A stretch of 64,000 bases of DNA from the NCBI RefSeq assembly GCF_009914755.1, contig NC_060926.1; one strand, written 5' to 3'. The position numbers and the translations under genes are program-made. How positions within the stretch are numbered: the first letter of the stretch is position 1; each line of letters opens with the position of its first letter. A model generated the notes under the pieces. The model was not told where the DNA came from. It did no database searches and saw nothing but the letters and a program-made list of their open reading frames with translations. Source of the stretch: the human T2T-CHM13v2.0 reference genome, Homo sapiens. Shown here in pieces: positions 1-12,826 of this stretch.

Positions 1-912
1 TGCTCTGGAGAGAAAGCAGAGGATGTGACTCTACAGTCTTTTACTAAAGCCTCGGAAAGATTAAAAGGTTAGGGTATTCAGTAACGCAAAGGGCTCTTTC
101 AAGAGATTAAGGCTGTGCCTCACAGATTCTCCCAGTCAAACCGTAAAGGTTCCACTGAGTAAATGGTGGTGTGCTTTAGTCATTTTAGCAGGATGCCAAA
201 GAAGAGAAGGGATTTACTCAAAAAGATCTGTGGGCCTGGCTTTTGTCTAATGGAATGAACCCCTTTAAAATCCACAGGAGACCCACAAAGTACTTAAGAT
301 AATTGTTTCAATGAAGGTGCTACCAGCTTGGACTAAAAAGGACAGAGTACATGTGAAAGGAGGCTGTCAAACTCCCAAAATTCTACTGGCAGGAAATACT
401 GATAAAACTACTCAGCTGCTACCTTTTATGAAAAAGGAAGGGTGACTCAGAAAGCAGAACCAAGAACTAAGAAGGCGGAGCCTAGAGCCGCATGGAATTA
501 TCCTTATGTCTTGAAACCTCTTCCAGAAATCAAACCTTTGCCTGGCTGGATATCACGGCTGCCATGGAGCAGTGACTTCCTTTTATCTTTCATTTCCCCC
601 CTTTTTGAACTGGACTGTCTATAGATGTTATTTTTGGTCTGTCCCACGAATTTATATTGAGTTTGTTGAAGGCAGATAACTTGTGTCTTTAGTTTCACAG
701 GATCACAGATGGAGAGGAATCGTGCCTCAGGAGCTAGCTATACTTAACAGATTATCGCCAGAAACCTCATTTTTACCTAGACCTGATTTAAATGATGAGA
801 TTTTGAATGTTGAGCTGGTTCTATAATGGGATGAGACTCAGGAAATTTGGGAGGGGGTGAATTTATTTTGCATGTGAGAGAGACATTAATCGTTGGTGGC
901 TGGAGAGTAGAC
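1..912 (+). mobile_element. MaLR internal sequence (MLT1-int), 3' part, truncated by window edge
   Basis: Resembles the MLT1-int 3' end (GGCAGATAACTTGTGTCTTTAGTTTCACAGG ... TGAATTTATTTTGCATGTGAGAGAGAC) and ends in a purine-rich PPT-like tract (GGCTGGAGAGTAGAC) directly before an LTR start. Confidence 0.7.
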
Positions 913-1215
913 TGCAGTAGACAGAAGCTAAAATGGCCCTGAAGGTCTTCACTTTCATGCCCCTGTATAATCCCTTCCCTTAGAGTGTGGGTAGGGCCTG
1001 TAATTTGCTTCTAATTAATAGAATATATACAAGGTTATAGAACATCACTCCCAAGATAATGTTACATTATATAGGAACTGTCTTGCTGGAAATCTCTCTA
1101 TGATGCTGATTTTGCATAAACACGCTGCCGTGAGTCTTAGAGTCACATGAAAATGAATTCTTTCAACATCTTCAATCAAGTTCTACGTGGGCCTGTCCTC
1201 AGGCAAGCCTCTAGA
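913..1215 (+). mobile_element. MLT1E/F-type MaLR LTR (partial 3' LTR)
   Basis: TGCAGTAGACAG...AAAATGGCCC...TGTATAATCCCTTCCCTTAGAGTGTGGGTAGGGCCTGTAATTTGCTTCTAA...AATAGAATAT matches the MLT1E/F 5' region. Confidence 0.7.
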
Positions 1216-1399
1216 TTAGAAATACCTGTTTGTTTGTTAATCTCTTTTTGTGTCCTCTCACCTATACATGGACATGTTGTCTTCAAGGTCAAGAGTTTGT
1301 AAGCTTCTGAAATTAGAGGTTATGGCAGTCATCTCTACTGTCTCCTGACACTTCCTGGGGTAGGACTGGTACTCAGATGCATGAGTAAATGAAAGTCAG

Positions 1400-1832
1400 G
1401 GTTAACTTCTTCAAAAACCCAAATCTTTTTTCTCTACTAAGCAAGTTAGTTTATTCTTTACACTGGCTCTTTTCAAGCTTATAAGATGGGTGCCCTAGAT
1501 CCAGATATACAATAAAGATAAAATGATGTAGAGCAGAAAATGAGAAACTATTTCTATTTACTGTTTCTTTTTATCAGTAAGGAAACATTTCCCAGAGACC
1601 CCTAAGATAATCCTTTCATATATCTCATTGGCCAGTCCTGGGTCACATGCCCACCATATAATTATTCCCTGGCAAGCAGATTGGTAAAACAATCGCAACC
1701 TGCTAAGACCAGCGATGATTTTTCTGAGTTGCTGGGGAAGAAGTGGACACACGTTAACAAAATTTAGATCTAACAACATGAGGAAAAAGGGGAATTTGCT
1801 GTTGCTTGGACAAACAATAGTATCTTCTTCAA
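1400..1832 (-). mobile_element. Old MLT1J/K/L-type MaLR LTR
   Basis: TCTCATTGGCCAGTCCTGGGTCACATGCCCACC and terminal GGACAAACAATAGTATCTTCTTCA are typical reverse-strand MLT1K-like motifs. Confidence 0.6.
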
Positions 1833-1874
1833 GAACATAGCACAATTTTACAAATAATTGTATTATAAAATCAC

Positions 1875-2080
1875 TGAAAAATCCATAAATATTTATTGAG
1901 CAACTCCTATGGGTAGTATTCTGGGAGCTAGAGGTGCAATAGTGAAAAGTAGAGTTTCTTTTTCCTACTTCAAATGAGTAATGTCACATGCTGATAGTAT
2001 AAAAGATAAAATTCATAATGGTAAAGAGTGACTTGGTGAGGGTGTGGCAGGGCTGTTTTATGTACCCTGGCTATGTGTAC
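1875..2080 (-). mobile_element. L2 3' end fragment
   Basis: AAATATTTATTGAGCAACTCCTATG...CTGGGAGCTAGAGGTGCAATAGTGAA. Confidence 0.55.
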
Positions 2081-2302
2081 ATCCATGGAAGAATTGCAGG
2101 TAACACAACTGACCTGAATTCACACTTAACTAAATAAAGAGATACCCCATTGTGCCCCTGTGGCCAATCCCTTGTTACACTAGTTCTGAATCTCTCTTTC
2201 TTTCCCCGTATCTCTAGCCTTTTTTGGCCACTTTGCATAAGGACTAAAACATACCAAAGTTCTCTTTCAAAGTTTCATTATTTTGAAAATGAATAAATAA
2301 TA

Positions 2303-2402
2303 GCAGTGCCACCTTATAAAGTTCCACTGTCTGTGCACTGCACAACTCCAGAGACAGTCAGACACAGACTATGCTGTAAGTAGTTGTAGCGTGGTGTCCC
2401 TG
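2303..2402. mobile_element. MER91A-like hAT-Tip100 MITE relic
   Basis: TGTGCACTGCACAACTCCAG...CACAGACTA core of MER91A. Confidence 0.5.
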
Positions 2403-2409
2403 AACACTT

Positions 2410-3080
2410 GTCTCCATCCACCTCAGATCTCTGTTCTAGCTACAGCCTTATCTCTCTGTTCTCCCCCTCACTGCAAAAACTCTTTAAAATAATTCTCTGC
2501 CCTGGTTGCCTTTTCATTTTCTTCTTCTATTTATTTCTAAAGTCACTGCAATCTGGCTCCCACTCTACCAGGCCTGCAGCATCAACAATGACATCTTTTT
2601 ACTCAACCAAAGCCTCTTTTTAGTTGACATTTGTTTGACATTTTGACAGCCTTGGATTCTCTTTCTCGAAATATTCTCTTCCCTTTTCACATTCTCCTAA
2701 GTTCATTCAACCTCGCTGACTCTTCCCTCTCGGTCTTTATGGGGATTCTTACAATTCTGTGCTGCTCTATATTCTGCATTAGGCTACCTTCTCTTCTCAC
2801 TCATAAGATGCAGACAGATCAATAGAGACTTGGACAACCAAAATCCTGTTGGCCATTTTGTATTGGTATAAAGTTATGGGCATCTTTTGGATATTTTGAT
2901 GCATCTAAACCATGTACAGGTATAATCCAATTGTAGACTTTGATGTTATATTTTTGAAATGAGATAGATATAGCTCTATGTACCAACCAAGGGATATCTC
3001 ACCTAAAACACTGTGATATGTTGTCTACCTGATACATATTAGGTGTTCAATAAGTAATTGTTGAATACATTAATGAATAT
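2410..3080 (+). mobile_element. L2 fragments including 3' tail
   Basis: CACTGCAATCTGGCTCCCAC...TTTGACAGCCTTG; tail TAGGTGTTCAATAAGTAATTGTTGAATACATTAATGAAT. Confidence 0.6.
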
Positions 3081-6000
3081 AATTTTTAAAGGAAGAGTAA
3101 ATATAAAATCATGGTAACAAATTCTAAAAGATAGATATATAAAATAAAATGTCTATGAAGTGTGACTCAATGATTTATATTCCACTCAGAAATATTTAAT
3201 TAAGTTTGGAAGACTAAAATTTTATATCCAATATGATACAGATTATTTATCTGGTTCAGACTTGAGGTCAAAGGCCAAATACTTTTGGTATTTTGTGGCA
3301 TGTCCATAGTCACAATAATAAGAAGGAAAATGTAAAAGCAAATAAAGTAGGGGGGTTTGATTATCTGGGCATATGAATATAACATTTTAAGTCAATATAA
3401 GATACAAATTACTTAAGGATAAATGTAGATTATTTGGTTTATGATTTATGAGTGAGAATGATAATTCAAATTTACCAAAATATAAAAAAAATGAAACTGA
3501 AGAAATTACATTCTTATAGTATTTTAGTATAAAGAAGAAGAAAAATGATTCAGACTTCTAAACTTCCAGCCAAGCTTCCCAAGGGTCAGTTAGACATTTT
3601 TATTAAAAGGAAAAAAAATACAATATAATAAATCCATTATTCTTTCATTTTGCAAAATGTCAAACTCCATGTGATCCTTTTCATTTCTCTGGGTGTTCTA
3701 AACAGATCGTATTTAGAGATGGAGCTAATACACAGCATGGCAAGTATAGATCAGAATATGCGTAAAAGGCATCACAACTTGCACACACACCCCACACACA
3801 TACACTCACACGGAGTATCAAAAACCCTTTAATCTGACAGATGTAATAAAGCAAAAGTTCTCTGTTGAATTTCCCCTAACATCTATTTATGACCCACTTT
3901 TGTCTCATGAAAATGATTTTTTTTGTCTAAAGGATATGGACATCATGATGCATCTATGCTACTCTTTAACCTCCTGGAGCTGAGTAAAGGTCATGAACAG
4001 TGCACTACTTATTTCCTGAGTAGCCAAATTGGTATTACTTTCTCAAGTTGTTTATGGGAATAAGACAAGATGATGGCAAGATTGGATAATTTCATACGAA
4101 ACATGCAGTTTCCTTTCTCTCCCTCTCTGTTTGCCCAATTCTGAAAGTCACTTATTTATGTTCACCCTAACATTTGAGAATTTGAGCAATTATTAGATGC
4201 AGGAAGTAGACTAATCAAATGTATGTGTTTAAAAGCAAATAAACTTTATTCCACCTTTGTAGAAGATAAAGCTAATGACTTCTATGTGCAAAAGCCGTTT
4301 TTTCTTCTTTGCTTATCAAAAACCAGATGGACTTCCTGTTCTATCATTCTTTAAGTCTACCTAGAGTGGTCTTAAGGTGAAATGCCTACATATTAAACCA
4401 TAATCAATCATTGTACACACACAAATTACTTTCTGTCCTCCCCTTTCCTTGTTATCGTGGTCCAAAGCAGGTTTTTGAGACAGAGTACATTTATCTGAGC
4501 TGTTAGCTGCTTCACGCCACTGCATCCTTGTGTATGATCTGCCTGGTCCCAGACCCCTGGAGAAAATTTGTGCGTGCATACTGTATGTGAACTTTAGATA
4601 AATAAATAAACACGCGAAACAGCTTCCAGATAATTGAAAGTGAATGAAGGAGGGAGCAAAAAGAAAACAATTTCTCTGGGGGTAAGCAGCTAAGGTGGCA
4701 GGTATGATTAAAATCCATATGATTTATGGGTAGGTGGATTACTAACATGACAACCCTGTTAGTGTTTGTTTGTTTGGGAGCATTTGACAATAAAGTTTTC
4801 TTGTTGTTGTTGTGCTTGCTGTGGGTTTTGCTCCGGACTTAGCCACTCAGGAATTCCTAGTGCCTGACTGAGCAGTCATTTAGCAAGCTCTCTTGTGCTC
4901 TTTTCCTGTCAGCATTAACATGTCAATTCATTTTAATAGTCTGGGCATGCTCAGTGGGCATGCATTTTCTCAGTAGGTATCCCATGAGCCCACCCCGTGG
5001 TGCAGAAATGTGTTATATCTTGTTTCAGACCTCAGAGACTTCAGCAGGTTTATTTTCATTATGGCCAAGTGTATTTGTTAAAACAAAGCCAAAATAATAT
5101 ATAAAATCAAGACCCTAACAAATGAAATAGGTTATGTATATTTGATTGGTAATTTAAGCTCTTTCAAAGATTAGGTTGTACCATATTTCGTTACACAAAA
5201 TTATTACCATAGTGGAGCTTAAAAAAATGTGTGCTGTTACTTCCTCTAGTTTTTGGAAGTTAAATGATATTCTGTCACAATGGGAGTTTTCTGTAATCAT
5301 GATTAATAGTTGTGGCTTTTATATTAAAGGAGAATTTGCTCACCATCTTTCTCATTAAAGTATTTTCAAATGGATTTTTATCTAATGTTCTATCCATAAG
5401 TAAATGAATAAATGAAGAAATAAGTAAATAAGTACATAAATAAATAAACACTCAAATCAAACTACCAATTAGGAGTATTGGTGGTTCATAAATCTGTCTC
5501 TCAATTGTCACACTAGGTCTCAATTTACATCCAAAATTTAGATGTGTTAGGGAATACCTTGTCAGACAGAAAGGAAGTAAAAGAAGAAAAGACAGAGAAG
5601 GAACCTAAATTTCACAACCAAAACAAAATTTGGTTCAAGATCACAGAAGGGTTGACAATTTATGCCATGTATACAAATTACTGCTTTAAAAAAGCAAGCT
5701 TTTGAGGGTGTACTTTAAAGCAGCTTAATAAAGTATGTTGTATTGTTGACACATTTGGGATCTCAGAATTTCTAAAATGGCTGAGTAGTTCTGTAATATC
5801 ACAAGTAAAGGTAAAAGTTTAGAGAAAGGTATCAGAGTTGTGAATTACATCAGCTTTTCCTTTGACTGCTCCATTTTCTTTTTTCCTTTTCATCTATTTT
5901 TTTAAAACCTTTAGTGACGAGCTTTGTCTATTTGCTTATGTTGACTGTGTATAGGCTCATAAAATTTTTCTGCTGTACACAGTTGTTGGAAATGATCAGG

Positions 6001-7269
6001 CATTTGTGATTCATTATATGATAGAGCACAATTCTGGTTAAAATTTAGCATTTGATGGGATGATATCTTATACCTCAAGTATACACTTGTATCCCACTAA
6101 ACATTCTTTAGAATAATTTTAAAAGGATTTTTTTCTAAATTATTTCATACATAGAACATTTTATAAATTCTTGGCACAAACTGTTAGAATACTCTACAGC
6201 ATCATAGTTTTTGTTTTACCTCCTTGTAGCTTTAATCATGTGTATTTACTAGTTATCTATTGGTAAGAGTTCTCTCTTAATGCTTTAAATCATCAGTGAT
6301 TGGAAATATAGATCTGAGATGTGTAAGTAGTAGGAACTTAGTCCTAAATAATTTTGATAATATTTTAACTAATATCATCATTCATAGTCAGAAAGTTACA
6401 ATAACAGTGCTTTTAAAGGTCTAAAAATATTCACTGACCTCAGGAAGTAGCTTCTCGTGAATGCTTATTCAGGTCAGGGAAAATGTTTTCCATACTCTGT
6501 ATCTAAAGGGTAAAGTGGAAAGATAGAGGATAATAGGAAGGGATACAGAAGAGATTAGATGGGTGTGAAGGCAGAGGTCAGAAAAGATGGAGTGGCTCCC
6601 CTTCCTGACAAGATATCCTGTGGGTTTTCTCTCACTTTGCCCAGTTCAGCAACCTCTGGAGCCTTCCAGCCTCTCCTCATCTGACTCTGCACAGGAGCAT
6701 ATCTCTGGGCGCGCACCTATCCGTATGCCTGCACATTCACCTTAAGGGGAGTAGAGAATGGAGAAATGAAGGGGCAAAAAGTCTTGTCTTTTGAGTCTCA
6801 AATTACACTACGCTTGAGATTCTTCTGCAGTTTGCACATTGGGAAAAATTGAGTAGCCTTTATTCTTTTTGCTGAAATGAAAAATAATACTTTTGTCCTA
6901 AAATAGTGAATATATCTTAATTCATGAAAACTTTGCTCATGTAAAATACAGCAGAAAAAAAGCGCTTCATCTATAAAGTGCTTTCAGATCTTCAGTGAGA
7001 AGTACTCTATTTTTATGATCTAGTCTCCTTACACATTCATTAATATTATTATGGGAAAATAATTATCATTTTCATAAAACAAATTATAGAATATATTCTG
7101 TCATCTACCCTATGTGTTCAATATACAATGAATTACCTGCCAGCAGTATTTTTTCTGGCTTGAGTTTCTACTCAGATATAGCACTTTCAATGGTTTCTTA
7201 AATGATATTTTTGCATAGTATGATTTACATAATCTGTGATTAATAATGTTTATTAATAGAACACCAAAT

Positions 7270-7368
7270 CTCTCTCTCTTGTCTCTCTGACATACACATA
7301 AACTCACACACACAATATACCCACAAACACACACAAACGATACACACATACACACTCTCTCTCTCCCT
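7270..7368. repeat. Compound (CT)n/(CA)n microsatellite
   Basis: Directly visible interrupted CT and CA runs. Confidence 0.85.
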
Positions 7369-10300
7369 TCAGGGCTCATTCCTATCTTATAAGGATTATT
7401 TTTAGGGCATTCCAATGTAATGTTTCAAATTTATATTCTAGACTCCTTGTTCTTCTCTTTCAGATAAAGGAGAGTTCCAAGAACAATTATGGAAGTCTTT
7501 TTTACTTAAATATTAAAACAATAGAAAAAGAATTAGATGTGAAATATTCAGGACAATTTCTTGGAGTTCTGAATGAATCCTCCTAACATTCACAGTGTTT
7601 ACATAATTTGTGTATGACTAGAATAATGGAAGCTATAGAGAATATCACATTTTAATCAATTTTTGGAATTATTTTGAATAGCAATTTAACTTTAGAACTA
7701 ATAAAAATTCAGCCCATAAATGTTCAGTAGCCAAAATATACTACCTAATCATTTGCTTTTTATGGAGGTAGGGGTGGGAATGGTAAAATTATTATTTCCT
7801 TTAAATATCTTTGTCAATTTCTTTTAATCTTTGGATTTATGGCTAGCTTTTTACAGTGAATCTAGTTTTCAAAGAATTACTTATTCCTGAAAAACTTTAT
7901 AAAGGCATCCAACATGATTCATTTTCATAGTATTTATACCAAACGTGTAAATCAAGTACCAATGATAGTAGCATCTTTGTAGTTCTTCTTAAATATGGAT
8001 GAAAGATGAGTTTTCTTCCAAGGTACAAAACATCATTATGGGCTCAGGTGGTTAAAATCAACATGAAAAATACATGCTGCATTTTCTTCCCTTAAATGCG
8101 ATCATGTAATCAGATTTCAAGTCATCCTACCTACCTCACTTACAGCTTTATGGAGATTAATTAGTTTTTAGATCCGCGTCACATGATCTTTTCTGACTGT
8201 CATTTAGCTGGCTGACTAGACCTGTAAGCTGTCTCCTGCCCCAAAGGAGAGATTAAATTTTAGTATTGTTTGTCTTCATTCTTTGATTTAAAGGTGGATT
8301 TTTAAAGTTATAGTTTAATTGTATTTTGCTTTAATTAGAAATATATTGTAAACTTGTTAGGAAGGTAAATATTTAAATAAATAAGTAAAATGAGGTGTTT
8401 CCCCTAGTTTGCTAAAAAGACTGTTACTATACTGACACCTACAAGCTAATTTTTAAAATTATTTATGATATAGATGCTACATTCATTAAAATGAATTTCC
8501 TACAATAAAGCTTTATTGCAGAGGAGTTTACACAGGTGCCCCAAGTTAAGATCACTGGTAATTGGTGGTTCAAGGACAAGTTTTCAAGATCAAAATGAAT
8601 GTGGAATTAAAAAAGATCTGGAAATTTACTAACAAATAAAAAAGGGTTTAATTTGTTTCAGTGGCATGATTTCTGTTAAAAAAAACATAAAAACACAGAA
8701 ACAAAAGACAATAAAAAACAATTATGAAATTGCTGATTCTTAATAACATATTTTCTATAATAACTGTTACCATTTATTTCTCTGACTGAGAATTGCTGAC
8801 TGAGCTAAGGATTAAAACTGAAAAACCACAGCGTTAGTGTTTATGTTAATCTATTTGGCTATAGATTCTCAATCGGGAGAAAAACAAAAGAAGAAAACAT
8901 TGATAAACTACTTCAATCTGCTTTACAATATGTGATTAAAGAAAGAAAAGAAACCTTGTCTGCTACAGTTGTTCAAACACTGATATTTCTAGCTGGGGTC
9001 CTAATTAAGGTGTAATGAGAGATTTGAAGTGCACTAAATTCCCTTCATTCACGTCACTAAACCAGTGAACCACAACTACACGTAGAATTTCAGGGAGACA
9101 TAGGACCCAGTGAATTAGTTATCATATAACTCCTGAGCAGTTGGTTCAGAGCTGGAGCCACTGGGGCATAGATCCACAGTGAACGTGTGACTGCTTGGCT
9201 GCTATTTGACTGCAGCTTTCCGTTCATGGATACTTAACAATAAACAGTCACTCCACTTAGGAGAGAACTTGATTCCACAAACACGTGGAATTTCCTGGCT
9301 CTTGAATGAAGACGCCACAGGATTTTCACTGCTCAGGTGTTACTGGATGCAATGCTGATTCAGGAACCGAAATAGATTATCTGTTTCCCTTGCCTGTGTA
9401 GTTGGATCATTGCCCTTGGCAGTAACCCCAGACTCCTGCAAATGATGAAGACGTCCCTCTATGCCTATGTAGAAAATAGGGCCAACATAGATGCCATTAG
9501 AGAGGCTCAACTGAGCTTATGCTGGGAAAATTGTGGCATCCATACCTTGCATAAGGAGGGAATGTTGAGAACACCAGAATAGGTTGAAGCCCATTCCCTT
9601 GAATGGGAATCACTGGGTTGTTCAAAATCTCACTGATACAGTATTCCCTGGCTCTTTTTCCTTCCAACACACTGTTCATCAACTGGTGCTTCCTGGCTGA
9701 CTTTGGCAATGAGAAAGTAATCACTTGACTCTCTGCCTACCTTCAAAGGTTTTTTAATAATTAGTGCAGAGATAAATTATATGAAAGAATTCAATACTCA
9801 TCCTTGAGCATTTGTATAAATCATAGATTTGGTAAGCTTTATATTCATTTTCTTTATAATGACCTTTGGAGAATAAACTCCATTTCAAATTCTCAATTTG
9901 TAACGAACAAAAACCCAAGGCATGAGATGAGTAACAGGATAACCAAAATCTTCTATATGGATCCCATCAGTCTCTTGGTTTCTCTTGGGAAATGTGTCAC
10001 TTATGTTTGGGGTTCATTGCCAGAAAGCATCAATTCCATACCCCATGGCATTCTTTTAGTCTTGTGCAGAGATTTTGTGCATACCATTACCCTATGTTTA
10101 GTTAAGAATGATAGAAAAAAATTTCTCTCATTCCAAGGTAAATAATACACTTCTAATTGGTTTTACAACTTTAGAGTTATAACTGCATAATTAGGTTCTT
10201 TATTGGCATTTGGGAGTTGCCCCTCTTTACATCCACAAAACAAGCCAATTCCAGTGCTGGGCGGGGGTAGACGGTAAGCACCCTCCCCTCATACACAGAA

Positions 10301-12384
10301 ATTATCATAAATAAACAAATGCCTGAATATATCCATTTCTGTCACCAGCAGGCAGCATTCCAAGCCAGGCATGTTGATCCTGGGTTTCTGTTCCATTGAT
10401 AAAAGGGAATATGCCATTTTTGTTCCAGCCCAGGGCTGTCCAATGTGCCCTTGTAAGGCAAGTTTCCATGTTAAGTGAATAAGGATCATTGTTTCCTTTA
10501 TAATGAGCCTCCCCCTCCTTTGGCTCTCAGTGAAAGGCTGCCACCACACTGGCTAAGAAATAGTTCTGTTTAACCGCCAAGTGTCTGCTGAACACAGTGC
10601 GGTAATGGGAATGATTTTCTTATCCATCATTACATGACTGGCACGTGAATAATTTTGCCCACCAGGTCATCATGTCACATCAGCCATGGCAACTTGGCTC
10701 AGTCAAATGTAAAAACTATATTACTCCCACAAAATGATCATTTTCATAAGGAAAGTAAAGAACATTCTTTGTTTCTACTCCCCTCCCTTTCTATATATTG
10801 AAGATACTCATTTCAAAGATACCCTGGTTAAGAAAAGCCAACAAAGTACATTGACTAAATTCATATTATAATTTAGAATACATATGTTTTCAAGTGGTAC
10901 ATCTGTTTTGTACCTGTTTCTGGCTGGCATAGCCAAACTAAGGATCTAGACATTAATAATAGATCAGTTCACTAATATTTATTGCTCCAAATCCAATCTA
11001 TATTAGCATGTCAGCCCTGTATCAAAGCAGAAGACAGCAGTATTTATGATTATTAGTACAATATTGAATCATCCTGAACCAATTACTGATCCAATTACTG
11101 TGTCATTATTATCTTCTGAATAGGGCTTGATTTGTCTGTGATAAATATGATGCAATTAAACCACCTTTTTACATAATAAAACACTGCAGGTGTTTATTCT
11201 TAAGAGTTCACAGATACTAACAACCAATAGATTTAATTAAAAAAATCCTTGATAAAATGTGAATTTCATTAAATTATTCTAACTTTAATATATATTTAAA
11301 GTGTATCTTATTGAGTGATACAATTGTATAATCTTTTGTCTGGCTATTGTTTAGAAACTATACTGTCAAACCAAACAAAAATTAACAGGGTCGTTTAATA
11401 TTCTGATTTAAAATGTCATTTGTTCAAAGCATACAAACATTAACTGAATTACAAAAAATAAGTTTCTGAAAGTAGGTACATTACAAAAAGACTGATAATT
11501 ACAAAAATTATATGTATACAATTTTAAAATATTTTTGTCACTACATATTTTAAGAGCCCATATTATTTGAATAATCCATGCTTCAAGCAATCTGAGCGTT
11601 AATAACTCTAAAAATTATCATAAAAACAAAAATAACAGAGAGCAATGTTTAGTTAGTATTGTGTTTAACTTTAAAGATAACCCAGGAAATTGCTTTAGTT
11701 CTTGATGTATGTCTTCTCTTTACCTCCTCCACCCCCAAATTTAAAATCAACATTATAATTAAAGGACTGGAAAGGAATAATAAGTATCAGTTTTATACTT
11801 TTTATTTTACAAAAAATATCTTGAATATTGTAATAATCAATCTGTTTGATTATATTTTAAAGCCCCAAAATTCAAGTTAAATTGGAGATTTTTTAAAGAG
11901 ATAAACAACATTGACTAGTCAGCTTTCTGAGACATTAACATAAATACAAAGAAATTTCATGATTTTATAAAAATGTTTTATTAAAAATAGATTCCTAAAC
12001 AAACTGACTTTAACAGTTTCAATTTATTGTCACATGGAACTATTATAATATTTCTATTCTGCGTTTTTATTGATATCTTTTAGGGAAAATAAATTTGATG
12101 TAAATCTTAATCTACCACTCAGGCTAGTATTTGTTTAACTAATTTCACTCAGCATTGAAACAGTGGTTGGACACCAACACCTTTCATAATGTTTTTTGTA
12201 GGTGTGGCTATATAACACCTATCAGCATTCACTGACAATTATTGCAGTCGGCCAAGGATTTCAAAGTGGTTGATAACATATAGCATTTATCACACACCTT
12301 GCTGTTGGCCTGTGCAGGTAATTAAGGAAAGTTTGTTTTGCTTTAAGGCTGTAACTGTAAATACAAATTACAGTTTTTATCTGT

Positions 12385-12472
12385 TTTCATTCTCTCTCTC
12401 TCTTCTTTTTCTCTCTCCTCCTTTCTTATTTTCTCTCTTTCTTTCTCCTTTCTCTCTCCCTCTCTCCCTTTT
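12385..12472. repeat. CT-rich low-complexity tract
   Basis: Almost pure polypyrimidine run. Confidence 0.85.
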
Positions 12473-12500
12473 CAATGAGTTCTGAATAGGAAGGACTGTC

Positions 12501-12826
<326 letters not shown>

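Noticed and set aside
6700-6730. GGGCGCGCAC CpG spot
   Set aside because: Only a few CpGs; not a CpG island or promoter
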